A DNA stretch of 64,000 nt. It comes from Octopus bimaculoides. Taxonomy: Eukaryota. Below are positions 14,116 through 28,080 of this stretch, piece after piece. The stretch spans positions 5,719,277 to 5,783,276 of the forward strand of contig NC_068990.1 of NCBI RefSeq assembly GCF_001194135.2. Reading direction: 5' to 3'. The notes under the pieces were generated by a model. The model saw nothing but the letters and a program-made list of their open reading frames with translations. It was not told the DNA's origin and did no database searches. Each line of letters starts with the position of its first letter. The first letter of the stretch is position 1. The position numbers were made by a program, and so were the translations under genes.

Positions 14116-14908
14116 GGGCCTGTCATACCGGCCATGATGAAATACCACAAGGTATAGAAAATACGTATTCGCCTTTATATATTTAATCCTTTATATTGAA
14201 CACTCAATATTTCATCTATTCAATAAGACATATTCCATATATTCAATAAGACATTCAATACTTTATTTCATTGTACCATCCATTTTTATTTTATATTATA
14301 TATTGTATATTATATTATATATTGTATATTCCATATTCTATATACCACATTGGTTTTGCAGGAATATAAATAAAACAAAAAACAGTGTTGGAACTCTTTT
14401 AAACAAAATAATATATTCCTCTATGCANNNNNNNNNNNNNNNNNNNNNNNNNNNNNNNNNNNNNNNNNNNNNNNNNNNNNNNNNNNNNNNNNNNNNNNNN
14501 NNNNNNNNNNNNNNNNNNNNNNNNNNNNNNNNNNNNNNNNNNNNNNNNNNNNNNNNNNNNNNNNNNNNNNNNNNNNNNNNNNNNNNNNNNNNNNNNNNNN
14601 NNNNNNNNNNNNNNNNNNNNNNNNNNNNNNNNNNNNNNNNNNNNNNNNNNNNNNNNNNNNNNNNNNNNNNNNNNNNNNNNNNNNNNNNNNNNNNNNNNNN
14701 NNNNNNNNNNNNNNNNNNNNNNNNNNNNNNNNNNNNNNNNNNNNNNNNNNNNNNNNNNNNNNNNNNNNNNNNNNNNNNNNNNNNNNNNNNNNNNNNNNNN
14801 NNNNNNNNNNNNNNNNNNNNNNNNNNNNNNNNNNNNNNNNNNNNNNNNNNNNNNNNNNNNNNNNNNNNNNNNNNNNNNNNNNNNNNNNNNNNNNNNNNNN
14901 NNNNNNNN

Positions 14909-14944
<36 letters not shown>

Positions 14945-14976
14945 CACGCATATGTGTATATGTCTTTCTCTTATTT

Positions 14977-15328
14977 GTTTCAGTCATTCGACTGCAGCCA
15001 TGCTGGAGCGCTGCCTTTAGTCGAACAAATTGACCACAAGACTTATTCTTTGTAAGCCTAGTATTTATTCTAGCGGTCTCTTTTGCCAAACCGCTAAGTT
15101 ACGGGGATGTAAACACACCAGCATCGGTTGTCAAGCGATTATGAGGGACAAACACACACACACAAACATATATATATATGTATGTATGTATGTATGTATA
15201 TACGACGGGCTTCTTTCAGTTTCCGTCTACCAACTCCACCCACAGGGTTTTGGTCGGTCCGAGGCTATAGTAGAAGACACTTGCCCAAGGTTGGTGAGCA
15301 AGCTACTTACCACATAGCCACTCCTGCG
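14977..15328 (-). mobile_element. tRNA-derived SINE family B
   Basis: The reverse complement reads aggcgcaggagtggctatgtggtaagtagcttgc...ttgggcaagtgtcttctactatagcc...ggtagacggaaactgaaagaagcccgtcg. It is shared with copies at 29.5, 35.0, 45.3 and 62.9 kb. Confidence 0.9.
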
Positions 15329-15965
15329 CCTATATATATGCTTATATATTTGAGTTCATGTCTATGTTTGTCTCCTCACCCACGCTTTACAACTGATGTT
15401 GATGTGTTCCCGTCCCCGTAACTACCATAATTTAGTGGTTTGGCATAAGTGACCGATAAAAAAAGTAGTAGGCTTACAAATAATAATGCTGGGGCGGGGG
15501 GCGATTTGTTCGACTAAAACCCCTTAAGGCGGTGATCCACAATGGCCACTGTCAAATGACTGAAACAAGTAAATGAATAAAAGAATATATGAGTGATGCT
15601 TTCTAAACACTAAGGACAATGTTGTTAAAAAAGCTGCATGCATGTAGGAGGGGTGGGGGCTTAAAAGTTTCTGGCTTTAAGGGTATCGCGAAAGGCTTGA
15701 CTGGGGGCCCGACCTTTGGAGTTTCTTACAGGGCTCAGAAAAGCCTGAAGGACCGATGCAATAAGTGTGTGATCCTGAGAGGTTAATATGTTGAGTAAAC
15801 TAAATATTAACTGATCCTCTTGTATTTTCTTTTACCAAGAACTTTTCAACAACCACTCGAGTATATCCGTATACATCTGTATGCGTATATGAATGTATTT
15901 ATATATGTATATATATTCACATGTGTGTATATGTGTATGTGTGTGTGCGGGGGTGTGCGCACGTG

Positions 15966-15996
<31 letters not shown>

Positions 15997-17069
15997 ATCT
16001 GTGTATGGTATGAATTCTCTACACTACATTTNNNNNNNNNNNNNNNNNNNNNNNNNNNNNNNNNNNNNNNNNNNNNNNNNNNNNNNNNNNNNNNNNNNNN
16101 NNNNNNNNNNNNNNNNNNNNNNNNNNNNNNNNNNNNNNNNNNNNNNNNNNNNNNNNNNNNNNNNNNNNNNNNNNNNNNNNNNNNNNNNNNNNNNNNNNNN
16201 NNNNNNNNNNNNNNNNNNNNNNNNNNNNNNNNNNNNNNNNNNNNNNNNNNNNNNNNNNNNNNNTATATATATATATATATATTAGTGTTACAGTGTTTGA
16301 TACAGAAACGACTGCGTGCAGTTTTTACGGGTAGGGACAAGTTTAAACACATCACCGGAACAATGCTGTATAACGAGGTGGGGAAACTTTAAAGTATCCA
16401 GCACTGAATTAAATCTGTGAGTGGTGTTGTATACATAACAATAAGACACGCATGGGCTCCACAAAGCACACCTTAATTCGTGCAAATAACATAATACTTT
16501 TTTTTTTTTTTTCATAGATAAAATACTTTCATTTCTCTCGAACTTAAGTATACATACATCGAAGCATGCAGACACAAAAACACAAACATGCATATATACA
16601 TTCATATATGTGTGCACGTGAGTGTACGTGTGTGTGCGCGCGTGAGCGTGTGCGCATGTATATATGTACATGTATATAGATGTAAAACAGATTAGTCTGA
16701 CACGAAACACCAATGGCCACACATTAGGTAAGCATAGAAATTATTTAGTAAACAGCAGTTAATAATTTTGGTTTGAAAATCACTATTACCACCTAAGTGG
16801 GTTTCGTACATTTCTAGGATATCATTCATAACGTAACCAAGAAAAATAACTGCTTTATAGCAAACAGAATGTAAGGCGCATGTATATTAATATACATTTC
16901 AGCCACCTGCCTGAGATGCATTGCACTACTACCTAATACTAAATGTAAACGGATATAAAGGTAAGATTAAGTATTTCTTTAAACGCTTGTTATCTAATAA
17001 CAAGAAAACTCTCGTTCATATATCATGTCTGTTTCTCCTTTCCTTATCAATAATAAACCTAACATAGAC

Positions 17070-17286
17070 AAATACTTCTTAACTATTAGAAACATTTCAC
17101 CGTTTTCCTGCGCATAGGAAATAATTTAAAAGAAATTACTTTAAACTAAACTATAGATGTGCGTCACGAATATTATAGAAATACTTCTTAGCTACAAGAA
17201 ATATTTCATCGCGTTCCTCTGTTATAAGGAAATAATTTAAGAGAAATAACTTTAGACCAAACTATAGATGTGTATCACGATTATTA
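17070..17286. repeat. Diverged tandem duplication, unit about 109 bp, two copies
   Basis: aaatacttctt...ggaaataatttaa...aactatagatgtg..tcacga.tattat starts at 17070 and again at 17179. Confidence 0.85.
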
Positions 17287-17955
17287 TACATTTAACTCCG
17301 AAAAAATATTAACTGAGCTAAACCGCGCATACAGAAAAAGTGCGTAAGCTCTCTAAACCAATTATATTAGGCTTAAGTAAGTACTTATATGTGAGTGGTC
17401 ATCTCCACCAAAATGAGCCTAGATATCAAGTACAGACCTTATGTCGGTGTGGTAGTGGATAAACGTGAGAAGTGGCATTCAAACAGTGATTCTTCCTTCA
17501 GGAACAAATGAAAGAAGAACGTGACCAAATTATCCAACTATTACTGTGTATTGAAAGGAAACGGCGCTGCATTTTATATCAAATGGAAGATAATTACATG
17601 TAAGCTACACACAAATGTAGCTGAAATGTAAAAATTGCGTAAACTGAGAAACATTGATAAATGAGTATATTATAAAAATGTGAGACCAGAGATTCATTTC
17701 GGGAAATTCTTTCCAGCTATTTGGAAATGTATAAAGCTATAGACCAGAAAACTTACACACTCACCTAATTTCTTCATGCACTTGTTATATCTTTAAAGAA
17801 ACAAATTAACGACAGCTGTTTGGCAGCGATTCATGCTGAAGTTTGATATCTGAAACTGCCCTGTTTCGAAGTAAATGCATTTTCTCTTGGTATAGATTCA
17901 TCCTATTTGTGCTTGCGTAGAAGTGTTTTACATATATATACATATATATACATAC

Positions 17956-17992
<37 letters not shown>

Positions 17993-18125
17993 TACATATA
18001 TATANNNNNNNNNNNNNNNNNNNNNNNNNNNNNNNNNNNNNNNNNNNNNNNNNNNNNNNNNNNNNNNNNNNNNNNNNNNNNNNNNNNNNNNNNNNNNNNN
18101 NNNNNNNNNNNNNNNNNNNNNNNNN

Positions 18126-18170
<45 letters not shown>

Positions 18171-18904
18171 TGCGTATAAAAATGTTTGGCACTAAAGGTG
18201 AAACCAATTGATACTAAGATGACTACTTTTCTTTGTGTTTTTGCAAAGGTAAGGGCTATTTTTCTTATACTTGCTACATTAACCGTGCATATTTTGTTTA
18301 TTGTGAGAAATATGAGGCTTTGAAGAGTTGACTCTTATTTCTAGCATAGCTAAATTTTTATTTATATTTACCTATATGGTTAAGTTTGCTGTCCACTTTA
18401 TTATTGTTATTTTTGATAAAACTGATATCTTATTTTATATATATATATATGTATATATATATATAAAGTCGACTCGACTTCCTTCCAAAATAAGTTTTGC
18501 TTTATAATTAACATAACAATATTATTTAATAAAATCCAAGGTATTTGACTGTATTACAGTTTTACATAATTTTCTTTTGGTTAGGTTGTGCTTTATTGCA
18601 TTTACAGATAGACATTTTCTTTAAAAATATATATTTCTTCGGATGATTATCCAGTCCAATTGATGTAACTCACCAGAACCATTTTACATTGCCTTTTTTC
18701 CCAAAAAACTTGCGCGAGCAAAAGTTGACATCATCATTTCAAAATATTTGATTTCTGCTGTAGCCATCCGCTTTTTCGTTCCTGTAGCTGACTATCTCGT
18801 CTTCCATACCAAATAAGCTGTCATCGTCACTTAGTGCCAACTAGAAAGTCCAATAACTCAATAAATACTTTCTTCTACTATATATTTGGAGAACTCATAT
18901 TTAT

Positions 18905-19170
18905 TTACAATCCAGCGGCTTTGTAGAAGTTTATATGGTTCTTGTGAGACAATAATTGGTGAAACAAGTCCTCACTAACTCAAAAGTACCTAGTTTGTAC
19001 TAGATAATGCGTAACCTTACGGGAATGGGAGCTTCAACTCAATGATACGCTGTAACAGTTGCTTGAGCGAATAACTGAGGATTTGGACTCAAGGCAGCAA
19101 TAGTTTGAACAAAAGAAATGAACTGGTAATGTATTGTATGGATGCGGCTAAGTATGTTTGATGCAAATAC
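18905..19170 (+). mobile_element. Penelope-like GIY-YIG relic 3
   Basis: AL*KFIWFL*DNN, then PYGNGS...RCNSCLSE*LRI...SLNKRNELVMYC, matching the PLE signature PY.NG..C.LCL.EK...LNKRNEL...C. Confidence 0.75.
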
Positions 19171-19295
19171 AAGCCTCCTTGAATTTCGTTCTGCTCAGGA
19201 AAAACGTTGATTTTCGAAATATTAAATTTATTGGTTTTAGTCATATATGGGAGTATATGTATATAGACATATATGTATATGTATGCATATATATA

Positions 19296-19343
<48 letters not shown>

Positions 19344-20631
19344 TGTGTGTGTGTATATTAATATATAATGCGTCATACTTATACCAATATGTAATGCGTC
19401 TGCTCGGGCTAATGTAAAATGAACACCCGCATACACACACAATGTTTTTGAAAACACTAATTAAAACTATTAATTAAATGTAGTACTAAAGAGTATTATT
19501 TTCGTACATTGCTTAAACAGCAAGCCAATTTCATGACTTCAATTGCATAGAGTTGATGACGTTTATAATAATATTACCGCCTGATCCAGAAATGAAATTA
19601 AAAGCGTGATCTTGAAGCAGCCGTTTTAGCACGTGTCGTTCACAAAGGTTTTTTTAAACGAAAGAACATAAGGATAACCGTCTCCTTCCAATTTTTATTT
19701 CATATTTAAAAAAAAGAATTCACACTGTAAATACTATAAAGAAAGCTAAACTCGGCTTACCAACTCATGATGGAAAATGAAATAATTCCTAGCATTCATG
19801 TTTAATACTAGTATCTATTCCATTGGAACATTTTTCTGAACTGCTGGGTTACGGGAACCTGAACAAACCAATACCAGTTGTCAATCTTGGGCGAATTATT
19901 CCGTACCTAGAAATGTAATTCATTTCTTGATGAATTATGTCGCATTGTGAAAATTTTCCAAAAATTTTCATGCTATTGAAACTTTTACAATACTTAATAT
20001 CCTCAGCATATTTGTTCTGTAATTATTTTATATAAAGAACTTTCAGTGTTGTAAGAGAGTTCATTCATTAATGAAAGCTTGATCTTATCGAGATGAATAT
20101 GCATAATCAAGTGAATTAGTCCAATGCAGGGCTGATGTTATGTTGTGGTGAATTCCAATCAACTCGCTGTCAATATACCTTGAAGAAACAAAATAGCGAG
20201 GTCGATTTTATCGATTATATCATTCCTTACATTGGAGACGTCGTAAATATGATATAGATCGATATCATATTTCGTCATTGTATAGCACTAATTCGGTCAT
20301 GTTCCAACGGGTATGTCATTATGCACTGCGTCACTCTATTTTTAAGACGGTACATAATGGTTTGTGGGAGATTTGGCACCTATTTCTAGTATATCAATCT
20401 ATTATCTACAGGCTCTTTTGTAAGCTCATTATAAAATTGATTCTATATGCGACGGAGCATTCAATCCATTCCAGTTGGAATTGAACTCGGAACAGCTAGA
20501 GATGAAACTAAATCAAACTAATAGAAGCCATTTCATCCAAACTTTCTGTAACATGTATTGAATATTCTTCCTTCATTCGTTCGACATGATTCAACGTTAG
20601 CGCGCACGTGTACTGTGAATATATAGACATA

Positions 20632-20692
<61 letters not shown>

Positions 20693-20722
20693 NNNNNNNN
20701 NNNNNNNNNNNNNNNNNNNNNN

Positions 20723-21800
20723 GTGTGTTGTGTGTGTGTTCAGACTGTTTGCAAGTATGATGCGGAGCGAACGGAGATCTGTTGTTAGCAACAGCGCCAA
20801 AACGAAGGAAGCAGAGAGAAGAGAGCTTCATTTGATCCGATGTGGTCAACAAGGAAAGATGATGAGATGGGAAGAACTTGTTGTTAAGAGGAAAATAAGT
20901 AGGGATGAGATATGGAAGTGAACCACATCTCGGCTAAGGTTTCTGATTCGTTCATCCTATGAAGTTTTGCCATCACTTACAAATCTCGTAAGATGGAACG
21001 TCTCAGAGAATGACACATGCAAATACGGAAAGGTCGGAACATTGAAACATATTCTTTCCAACTGTTCCTTAGCATTGAACAGGTATACATGGAGACACAA
21101 CCTGATCGTTAAGGTTATCTTCAATGCTATGAATAACCAAATTGACTTCAACAATAGTGAGAAAAAACCGTTGAAAGTACCAACTAGAGATTTCATTACC
21201 TTCGTGCGTTCAGGTAAGCGGATCCGTTTCAAGAAGAACAAGAAACTTCCTGTGAGAGATGAAAAGTGGAACGGTTATTGGGAAGTGACTGCAGATTTAT
21301 CAGTGTGTCAGGGACTCTTTCCCATCCCAGTTACGAAACAAACGGACATTTTAATGTGGTGTGAAAGAAAGAAACTTGTAAATCTAGTCGAGTTAACGGT
21401 TCCTCATGAAGATAACATGGATGCCGCTCGGGCTCGAAAGAGTGACCGTTATGTAAACCTCCTCGAGGAATGTGAAGACGCAGGCTGGAAAGCAGAACAT
21501 TTTCCAATCGAACTCAGATGTAGAGGGTTTGTTGGAAACAGTGTGAGACGACTGTTGTTATAGTTAGGCCTAACTCATCGTAAGGTAAATACCACCATGA
21601 CCGATATCCAAACTACAGTGGAGAAGTCTAGCCACTGGCTAGCGATGGCTAGAGAAATATTGAGCTATATTTAATAACCAGTTGATCTAGCAAGCGGGGC
21701 CTCATATCAGTGACGGGGGCCGGTGCGCATTGATGCCGTCGAGAGGAAGGCACCGAAACGGCGCGAATTGTCTCCTGATGACCCATACACTTGCTAGCTT
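20723..21800 (+). mobile_element. HERO/NeSL-like RLE non-LTR retrotransposon, 3' part (zinc knuckle, RLE, 3' UTR)
   Basis: QQGKMMRWE...EIWK*...RLRFLIRSSYEVLPSLTNLVRW...GTLKHILSNC...YTWRHN, then TDILMW...VELTVPHEDNM...RKSDRY...PIELRCRGFVG (PD..D/ExK-type nuclease). Confidence 0.9.
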
Positions 21801-23639
21801 CCGGTATGCGGAGTTCTCGAGTGGTAGCACTTGCATGTGCAAGTTGTTTGCAAGACATCCAATAATCCTTCAAGGGCTTGTGTTGGTGATATTTGGTGAG
21901 GCTGTGCAGCGCTTGCCGTATTTATGATATTTATCTTGTGTGGTATTACTTGTGGTTGAGTGCTAATAGTTGTAATGGTCATGGTAATAGCTGTAGTGGT
22001 AATGATATTGTTGATGATGTTGGTAATTTGGTAACGGCGCCATTGGTGGCTATTCACGAAGCCATTTCATTGATTAAGATTTTAGTCGTAGATGATAACA
22101 AGAAATATGCACATGGAATGCACAGATGAATATATACCTTCAATTACTGGACACAGTTCATGGTTATTATCTCCCCTTTCCGCAAATATCTTATTGATTG
22201 AATATTGATTTCTCATATTGGTTCAAAGCCACATGTTTGGGTGAAGAGTAATTTGACCTAATCGATTTCAGGAATTCACTGACACAGGCATAGAATAAAC
22301 GCACAAGGCCTTATATTTTGGAGAAAGGTATAGTCGACTATATATATATATATATATATATATNNNNNNNNNNNNNNNNNNNNNNNNNNNNNNNNNNNNN
22401 NNNNNNNNNNNNNNNNNNNNNNNNNNNNNNNNNNNNNNNNNNNNNNNNNNNNNNNNNNNNNNNNNNNNNNNNNNNNNNNNNNNNNNNNNNNNNNNNNNNN
22501 NNNNNNNNNNNNNNNNNNNNNNNNNNNNNNNNNNNNNNNNNNNNNNNNNNNNNNNNNNNNNNNNNNNNNNNNNNNNNNNNNNNNNNNNNNNNNNNNNNNN
22601 NNNNNNNNNNNNNNNNNNNNNNNNNNNNNNNNNNNNNNNNNNNNNNNNNNNNNNNNNNNNNNNNNNNNNNNNNNNNNNNNNNNNNNNNNNNNNNNNNNNN
22701 NNNNNNNNNNNNNNNNNNNNNNNNNNNNNNNNNNNNNNNNNNNNNNNNNNNNNNNNNNNNNNNNNNNNNNNNNNNNNNNNNNNNNNNNNNNNNNNNNNNN
22801 NNNNNNNNNNNNNNNNNNNNNNNNNNNNNNNNNNNNNNNNNCGAAATGTAAAATGCTGATAGAGAAAACAAATAGAATGATAATTTTTTCTATTTGTTTG
22901 GGTTTTTTTTTCTTTTGTTTGTTTTACATTTTTCAGCTTGTAGCTCTTCGTATTATATATTTCTAACAACTGTGAAAAAATGCGAAAAACAATCCTGGTT
23001 AAATAATTCCTTCACGATGCTTGTTGTAATAACCGATTTACATGTTCTGCTACGAAGCCAAAATTCTAAGGTAATGAAATATATATAGTTTCATATTACT
23101 ACGATGTCACAATATTTCTTTTGATAGAATGTTTTCCACAGCAGAAAAGAACTTCTGAAATACTAATTAGCTAAAGTTTTAAAAAACTGAAATTATGAAA
23201 AACTTATTCTTTATGTAGAAATACACAGCCAGATATGGATTGTTAACAAAGTTTTGAAAATATTAAAGATGGCGATATTAGAAATTCCATTTAGATGGTG
23301 ATTTGGAAGAAATAGTCAGCCATCCGCGCCGTTAAGTTCAAATAAAGCTGGGGGTGTCCTTGTTAATCATTTGTCTGGTGAGTCAAAAAGACGCATACCA
23401 CTTATATTCTTGCATTTATTCTAAGAATTATACTTCCTCTACTGCAATATTAGAATCCCACGGAAAAGAAAACAAAATGTACGAACTTTTATGCCTTTAT
23501 TCATGTATTAATTACATTAGTTAACATAACGGGATAAAACCGGATTGAAGGCAACTCATGCACAAAATATAGCTGAACAATAGCGCAAACTCGTTCTTCC
23601 ATTATTTTACTGACAAAATATTTTTTTCTTTATTGCCAA

Positions 23640-24040
23640 CAGGGGGCTAAACATAGAGGAGACAAACAAGGACAAACAAAGGGATAAAGTCGATTACGTC
23701 GATGCAGGTGCGTAACTGGTACTTATTTAATCGACCCCGAAAGGATAAAAGGTAAAGTCGACCTCAGCGGAATTTGAACTCAGAATGTAACGACAGACGA
23801 AATACCGCTGAGCATTTCGCCCGGCGTCCTAACGATTCTGCCAGCTCACCGCCCTGTTACTAACAAAATAAAGGCTTCAAATTTTGGCACAAGGCCAGTA
23901 ACTGGTGCTTATTTTATCGACCACGAAAGAATGAAAGGCGAAGTCGATCTTAACGGCATTTGAACTCGGAACGTAAATAGGGACGAAATACCACTAAGCA
24001 TTTTGCCCGGGTAGCTAACTGTTCTGCCAACTCACGCCTT
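23640..24040 (-). mobile_element. SINE family A, two copies
   Basis: The reverse complement of the family A head and body occurs twice. Confidence 0.85.
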
Positions 24041-26420
24041 ATTTTACTGGCAATATCTTAGAATATTAAATATTAGAATATTAAATTAGAATATCTTAGA
24101 ATATTAAATACTGAATGAAGGGCAACAGATTAAAAATTCAGTTTTACTCCAGATCATCTCGCCGACCAGATCAACAACTATATTAAATATAGCCTCTTTG
24201 TTTTTAAATTTTTCTTTATTAACCACTAAATAACAGTAAACAAAAACAAAATCTATTTGCATACAACTCAGTCAAAGGAAAAATATAAATTTTCGACACA
24301 TTTTATTCACGAAGAAAATTGTTATAATGTAACATTTCTAATCATGGTAAATCTGGTGTTGGAAAAATGAAAACTCTTGTTATGCCCAACTCTTTCTCTT
24401 GATATCCTAGGCGTTCTTATTTTGCTTAATACTTAATCTTTGTACCACGGAGTGCACAAGCGATATAATCTCTTGTCAAAAAGATTCCAAATACATTTTC
24501 GTTTTGAAATATGTCACACATATTTCTTAGTCCTCTCTCTTATAAAGTCTTTAAGAGAAAATAAATTATTTTTGTAAGAACATGTACAATGAGTTCTCAT
24601 ATATGCACAGTTGCTTTTTATTGTTGTTGTTTAGACCAGAGCCTCTGATTTAGCACACCTATCATAATTGTTCCTATCATGACCATCACATTTCACTTTC
24701 AAGATTTCATAATCTTCTGTGTATTTCTCCTTTTAAAATAGTGAAGTGTGACACGAGAGAGATAAATTAATTCAGAGGGATGGCACGCATGAACAAGTTT
24801 TGTTAAGAAATTAGACCGATATTCAATTATCTTAGCTTCTCTGCTCCTGTAGTCATTTTAGAATTATGAATAATATGATTTCTCATATAGACAGAATGTC
24901 TATATCAAAATACGGGAGCAAGGCTTATCAAAGTTGAATACATTGGAATAGTATTTGAGTGATACATAACTTTAACGACCCCAGAAAGATAGGAGTCAAA
25001 GTTAATCCCAGCAGGATTTGAACACGGAACATATTAGGATGTAACTAAACCTTGCAAGCCATTTTGTTCTAAGCATTACTCATTCGATACTCTTCCAAAT
25101 CTATCAATCTACCACCATTTTTTTTTTTTTTTTGACATTTGACGAATTTATTAATATATGTTAGATTTGAGAATAATAATAATGATGTGGATATTTTGGT
25201 TATTTCACAGTTTTTCAGACAAGTGTTGAAACAGAACTTTTTCTCAATGAATTTGCTGCAGTAAAGACAGTTAAAGAAAATGATGTCTGAAAATATGTTC
25301 ATAATTAATTCTGAAACAGCAGCTTGTCCTGAGTATTATATGCATTATATTAGAAGTTGGGTATTGAATTAGATATAATATATACATGTGCCTCTGGAGA
25401 GAAATTTCATATGATACGATAATACAGTAATAAAGCTATTATTCCTATGATCAGCATGAAATGATAGTTTTTCATTGAATGATAATCTTCATTTACAGAT
25501 TCGATATTTAAAATATTTTCACAATCAAATAAAGAAACTATTTTTGTTATATATATATATATATATATATATNNNNNNNNNNNNNNNNNNNNNNNNNNNN
25601 NNNNNNNNNNNNNNNNNNNNNNNNNNNNNNNNNNNNNNNNNNNNNNNNNNNNNNNNNNNNNNNNNNNNNNNNNNNNNNNNNNNNNNNNNNNNNNNNNNNN
25701 NNNNNNNNNNNNNNNNNNNNNNNNNNNNNNNNNNNNNNNNNNNNNNNNNNNNNNNNNNNNNNNNNNNNNNNNNNNNNNNNNNNNNNNNNNNNNNNNNNNN
25801 NNNNNNNNNNNNNNNNNNNNNNNNNNNNNNNNNNNNNNNNNNNNNNNNNNNNNNNNNNNNNNNNNNNNNNNNNNNNNNNNNNNNNNNNNNNNNNNNNNNN
25901 NNNNNNNNNNNNNNNNNNNNNNNNNNNNNNNNNNNNNNNNNNNNNNNNNNNNNNNNNNNNNNNNNNNNNNNNNNNNNNNNNNNNNNNNNNNNNNNNNNNN
26001 NNNNNNNNNNNNNNNNNNNNNNNNNNNNNNNNNNNNNNNNNNNNNNNNNNNNNNNNNNNNNNNNNNNNNNNNNNNNNNNNNNNNNNNNNNNNNNNNNNNN
26101 NNNNNNNNNNNNNNNNNNNNNNNNNNNNNNNNNNNNNNNNNNNNNNNNNNNNNNNNNNNNNNNNNNNNNNNNNNNNNNNNNNNNNNNNNNNNNNNNNNNN
26201 NNNNNNNNNNNNNNNNNNNNNNNNNNNNNNNNNNNNNNNNNNNNNNNNNNNNNNNNNNNNNNNNNNNNNNNNNNNNNNNNNNNNNNNNNNNNNNNNNNNN
26301 NNNNNNNNNNNNNNNNNNNNNNNNNNNNNNNNNNNNNNNNNNNNNNNNNNNNNNNNNNNNNNNNNNNNNNNNNNNNNNNNNNNNNNNNNNNNNNNNNNNT
26401 ATATATATATATATATATTG

Positions 26421-26455
<35 letters not shown>

Positions 26456-27091
26456 CATATATATAAATATATATGCATATATGTACACATAGATATATAT
26501 ATACATATATACATATATAGATATATACGTATATATCTATATATATGTGTATATATATAGGTATATATATATGTGTGTGTGTGTGTATAGAACACACATA
26601 TATACATGTGTATATGTATATATATATGTAGGTATATAGATATATAGAAATATGTATATACTTGTATCTATATATAGGTGTATATATATATTCCATCATT
26701 ACTTGCGGCCAGCGTTGCACAATCATCAAAATATGAGAGAGAAACATCGGTTTAGTTCAATCTACCGATACATTTTGAATTTGTAATACTGACTGAACTT
26801 CCAAACATTTCGCAATGCTATTGATATTGTAATCATAAAATAAATATAGAAAAAATGAATATAAACATTTAAAGAAAAGTGTATATAAAAATCCCACAAA
26901 CAAAAAACTTGTGTATAAACCATATACAACACTTGACTTTAATGTTGCGTTTCAATTTGCATTATTGTTCCGTGGTTTAATGTCGGTAACATCGAGTTAG
27001 TCGAACACGGAACAGCATTACCTTACAATATTTAGGGTTTTTCATATACATTCGGCTCTGACCTCACTTTTCTTATCTGTTATTTATATTC

Positions 27092-27161
<70 letters not shown>

Positions 27162-27329
27162 GTATATATATATACATATAAAAGGGATGACCACTAAGTG
27201 GACATCCATTATGCTAGAAGAAAACCACCTATGGTCTGACCACTAAGAAAAGATTGTCTCAAGAAAATTCAGCAAACGCCAGAACGTAAGCGACCAAGAC
27301 AAATGAAAAGATACAAAATATAACGATTA

Positions 27330-27401
27330 ATCACAAACCCGGTTTCGTTGTTACCGCTTACGTAATTACTTACGTAAATGTCCGCAACTCATCAGTGTGA
27401 T
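27330..27401 (-). ncRNA. Type I hammerhead ribozyme (PLE/retrozyme-like), intact core
   Basis: The minus strand reads AUCACA CUGAUGA GUUG-[34 nt]-CAAC GAAA CCGGG UU UGUGAU. It has a perfect 6-bp stem I, both conserved core boxes, a G10.1-C11.1 stem II, a near-palindromic stem III (ACC-G-GGU) and a GUU cleavage triplet. Confidence 0.8.
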
Positions 27402-27452
27402 CGTCATGGCAATATATATATATATGTATGTGTGTGTGTATAACCCCAGATG

Positions 27453-27483
<31 letters not shown>

Positions 27484-28026
27484 NNNNNNNNNNNNNNNNN
27501 NNNNNNNNNNNNNNNNNNNNNNNNNNNNNNNNNNNNNNNNNNNNNNNNNNNNNNNNNNNNNNNNNNNNNNNNNNNNNNNNNNNNNNNNNNNNNNNNNNNN
27601 NNNNNNNNNNNNNNNNNNNNNNNNNNNNNNNNNNNNNNNNNNNNNNNNNNNNNNNNNNNNNNNNNNNNNNNNNNNNNNNNNNNNNNNNNNNNNNNNNNNN
27701 NNNNNNNNNNNNNNNNNNNNNNNNNNNNNNNNNNNNNNNNNNNNNNNNNNNNNNNNNNNNNNNNNNNNNNNNNNNNNNNNNNNNNNNNNNNNNNNNNNNN
27801 NNNNNNNNNNNNNNNNNNNNNNNNNNNNNNNNNNNNNNNNNNNNNNNNNNNNNNNNNNNNNNNNNNNNNNNNNNNNNNNNNNNNNNNNNNNNNNNNNNNN
27901 NNNNNNNNNNNNNNNNNNNNNNNNNNNNNNNNNNNNNNNNNNNNNNNNNNNNNNNNNNNNNNNNNNNNNNNNNNNNNNNNNNNNNNNNNNNNNNNNNNNN
28001 NNNNNNNNNNNNNNNNNNNNNNNNNN

Positions 28027-28080
<54 letters not shown>

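Noticed and set aside
18640-18850. Acidic SDDDSLFGMEDE...GKKGNVKW reading resembling a piggyBac N-terminus
   Set aside because: It is short, with no TIR or catalytic motif.
21740-21790. GAAAC...GTC..CTGATGA in the HERO 3' UTR as a type II hammerhead
   Set aside because: There is no room for stem I (2 nt), and stem II cannot close.
26966-27014. 9-bp inverted repeat TGTTCCGTG/CACGGAACA
   Set aside because: It is short enough to arise by chance in 64 kb and has no supporting context.
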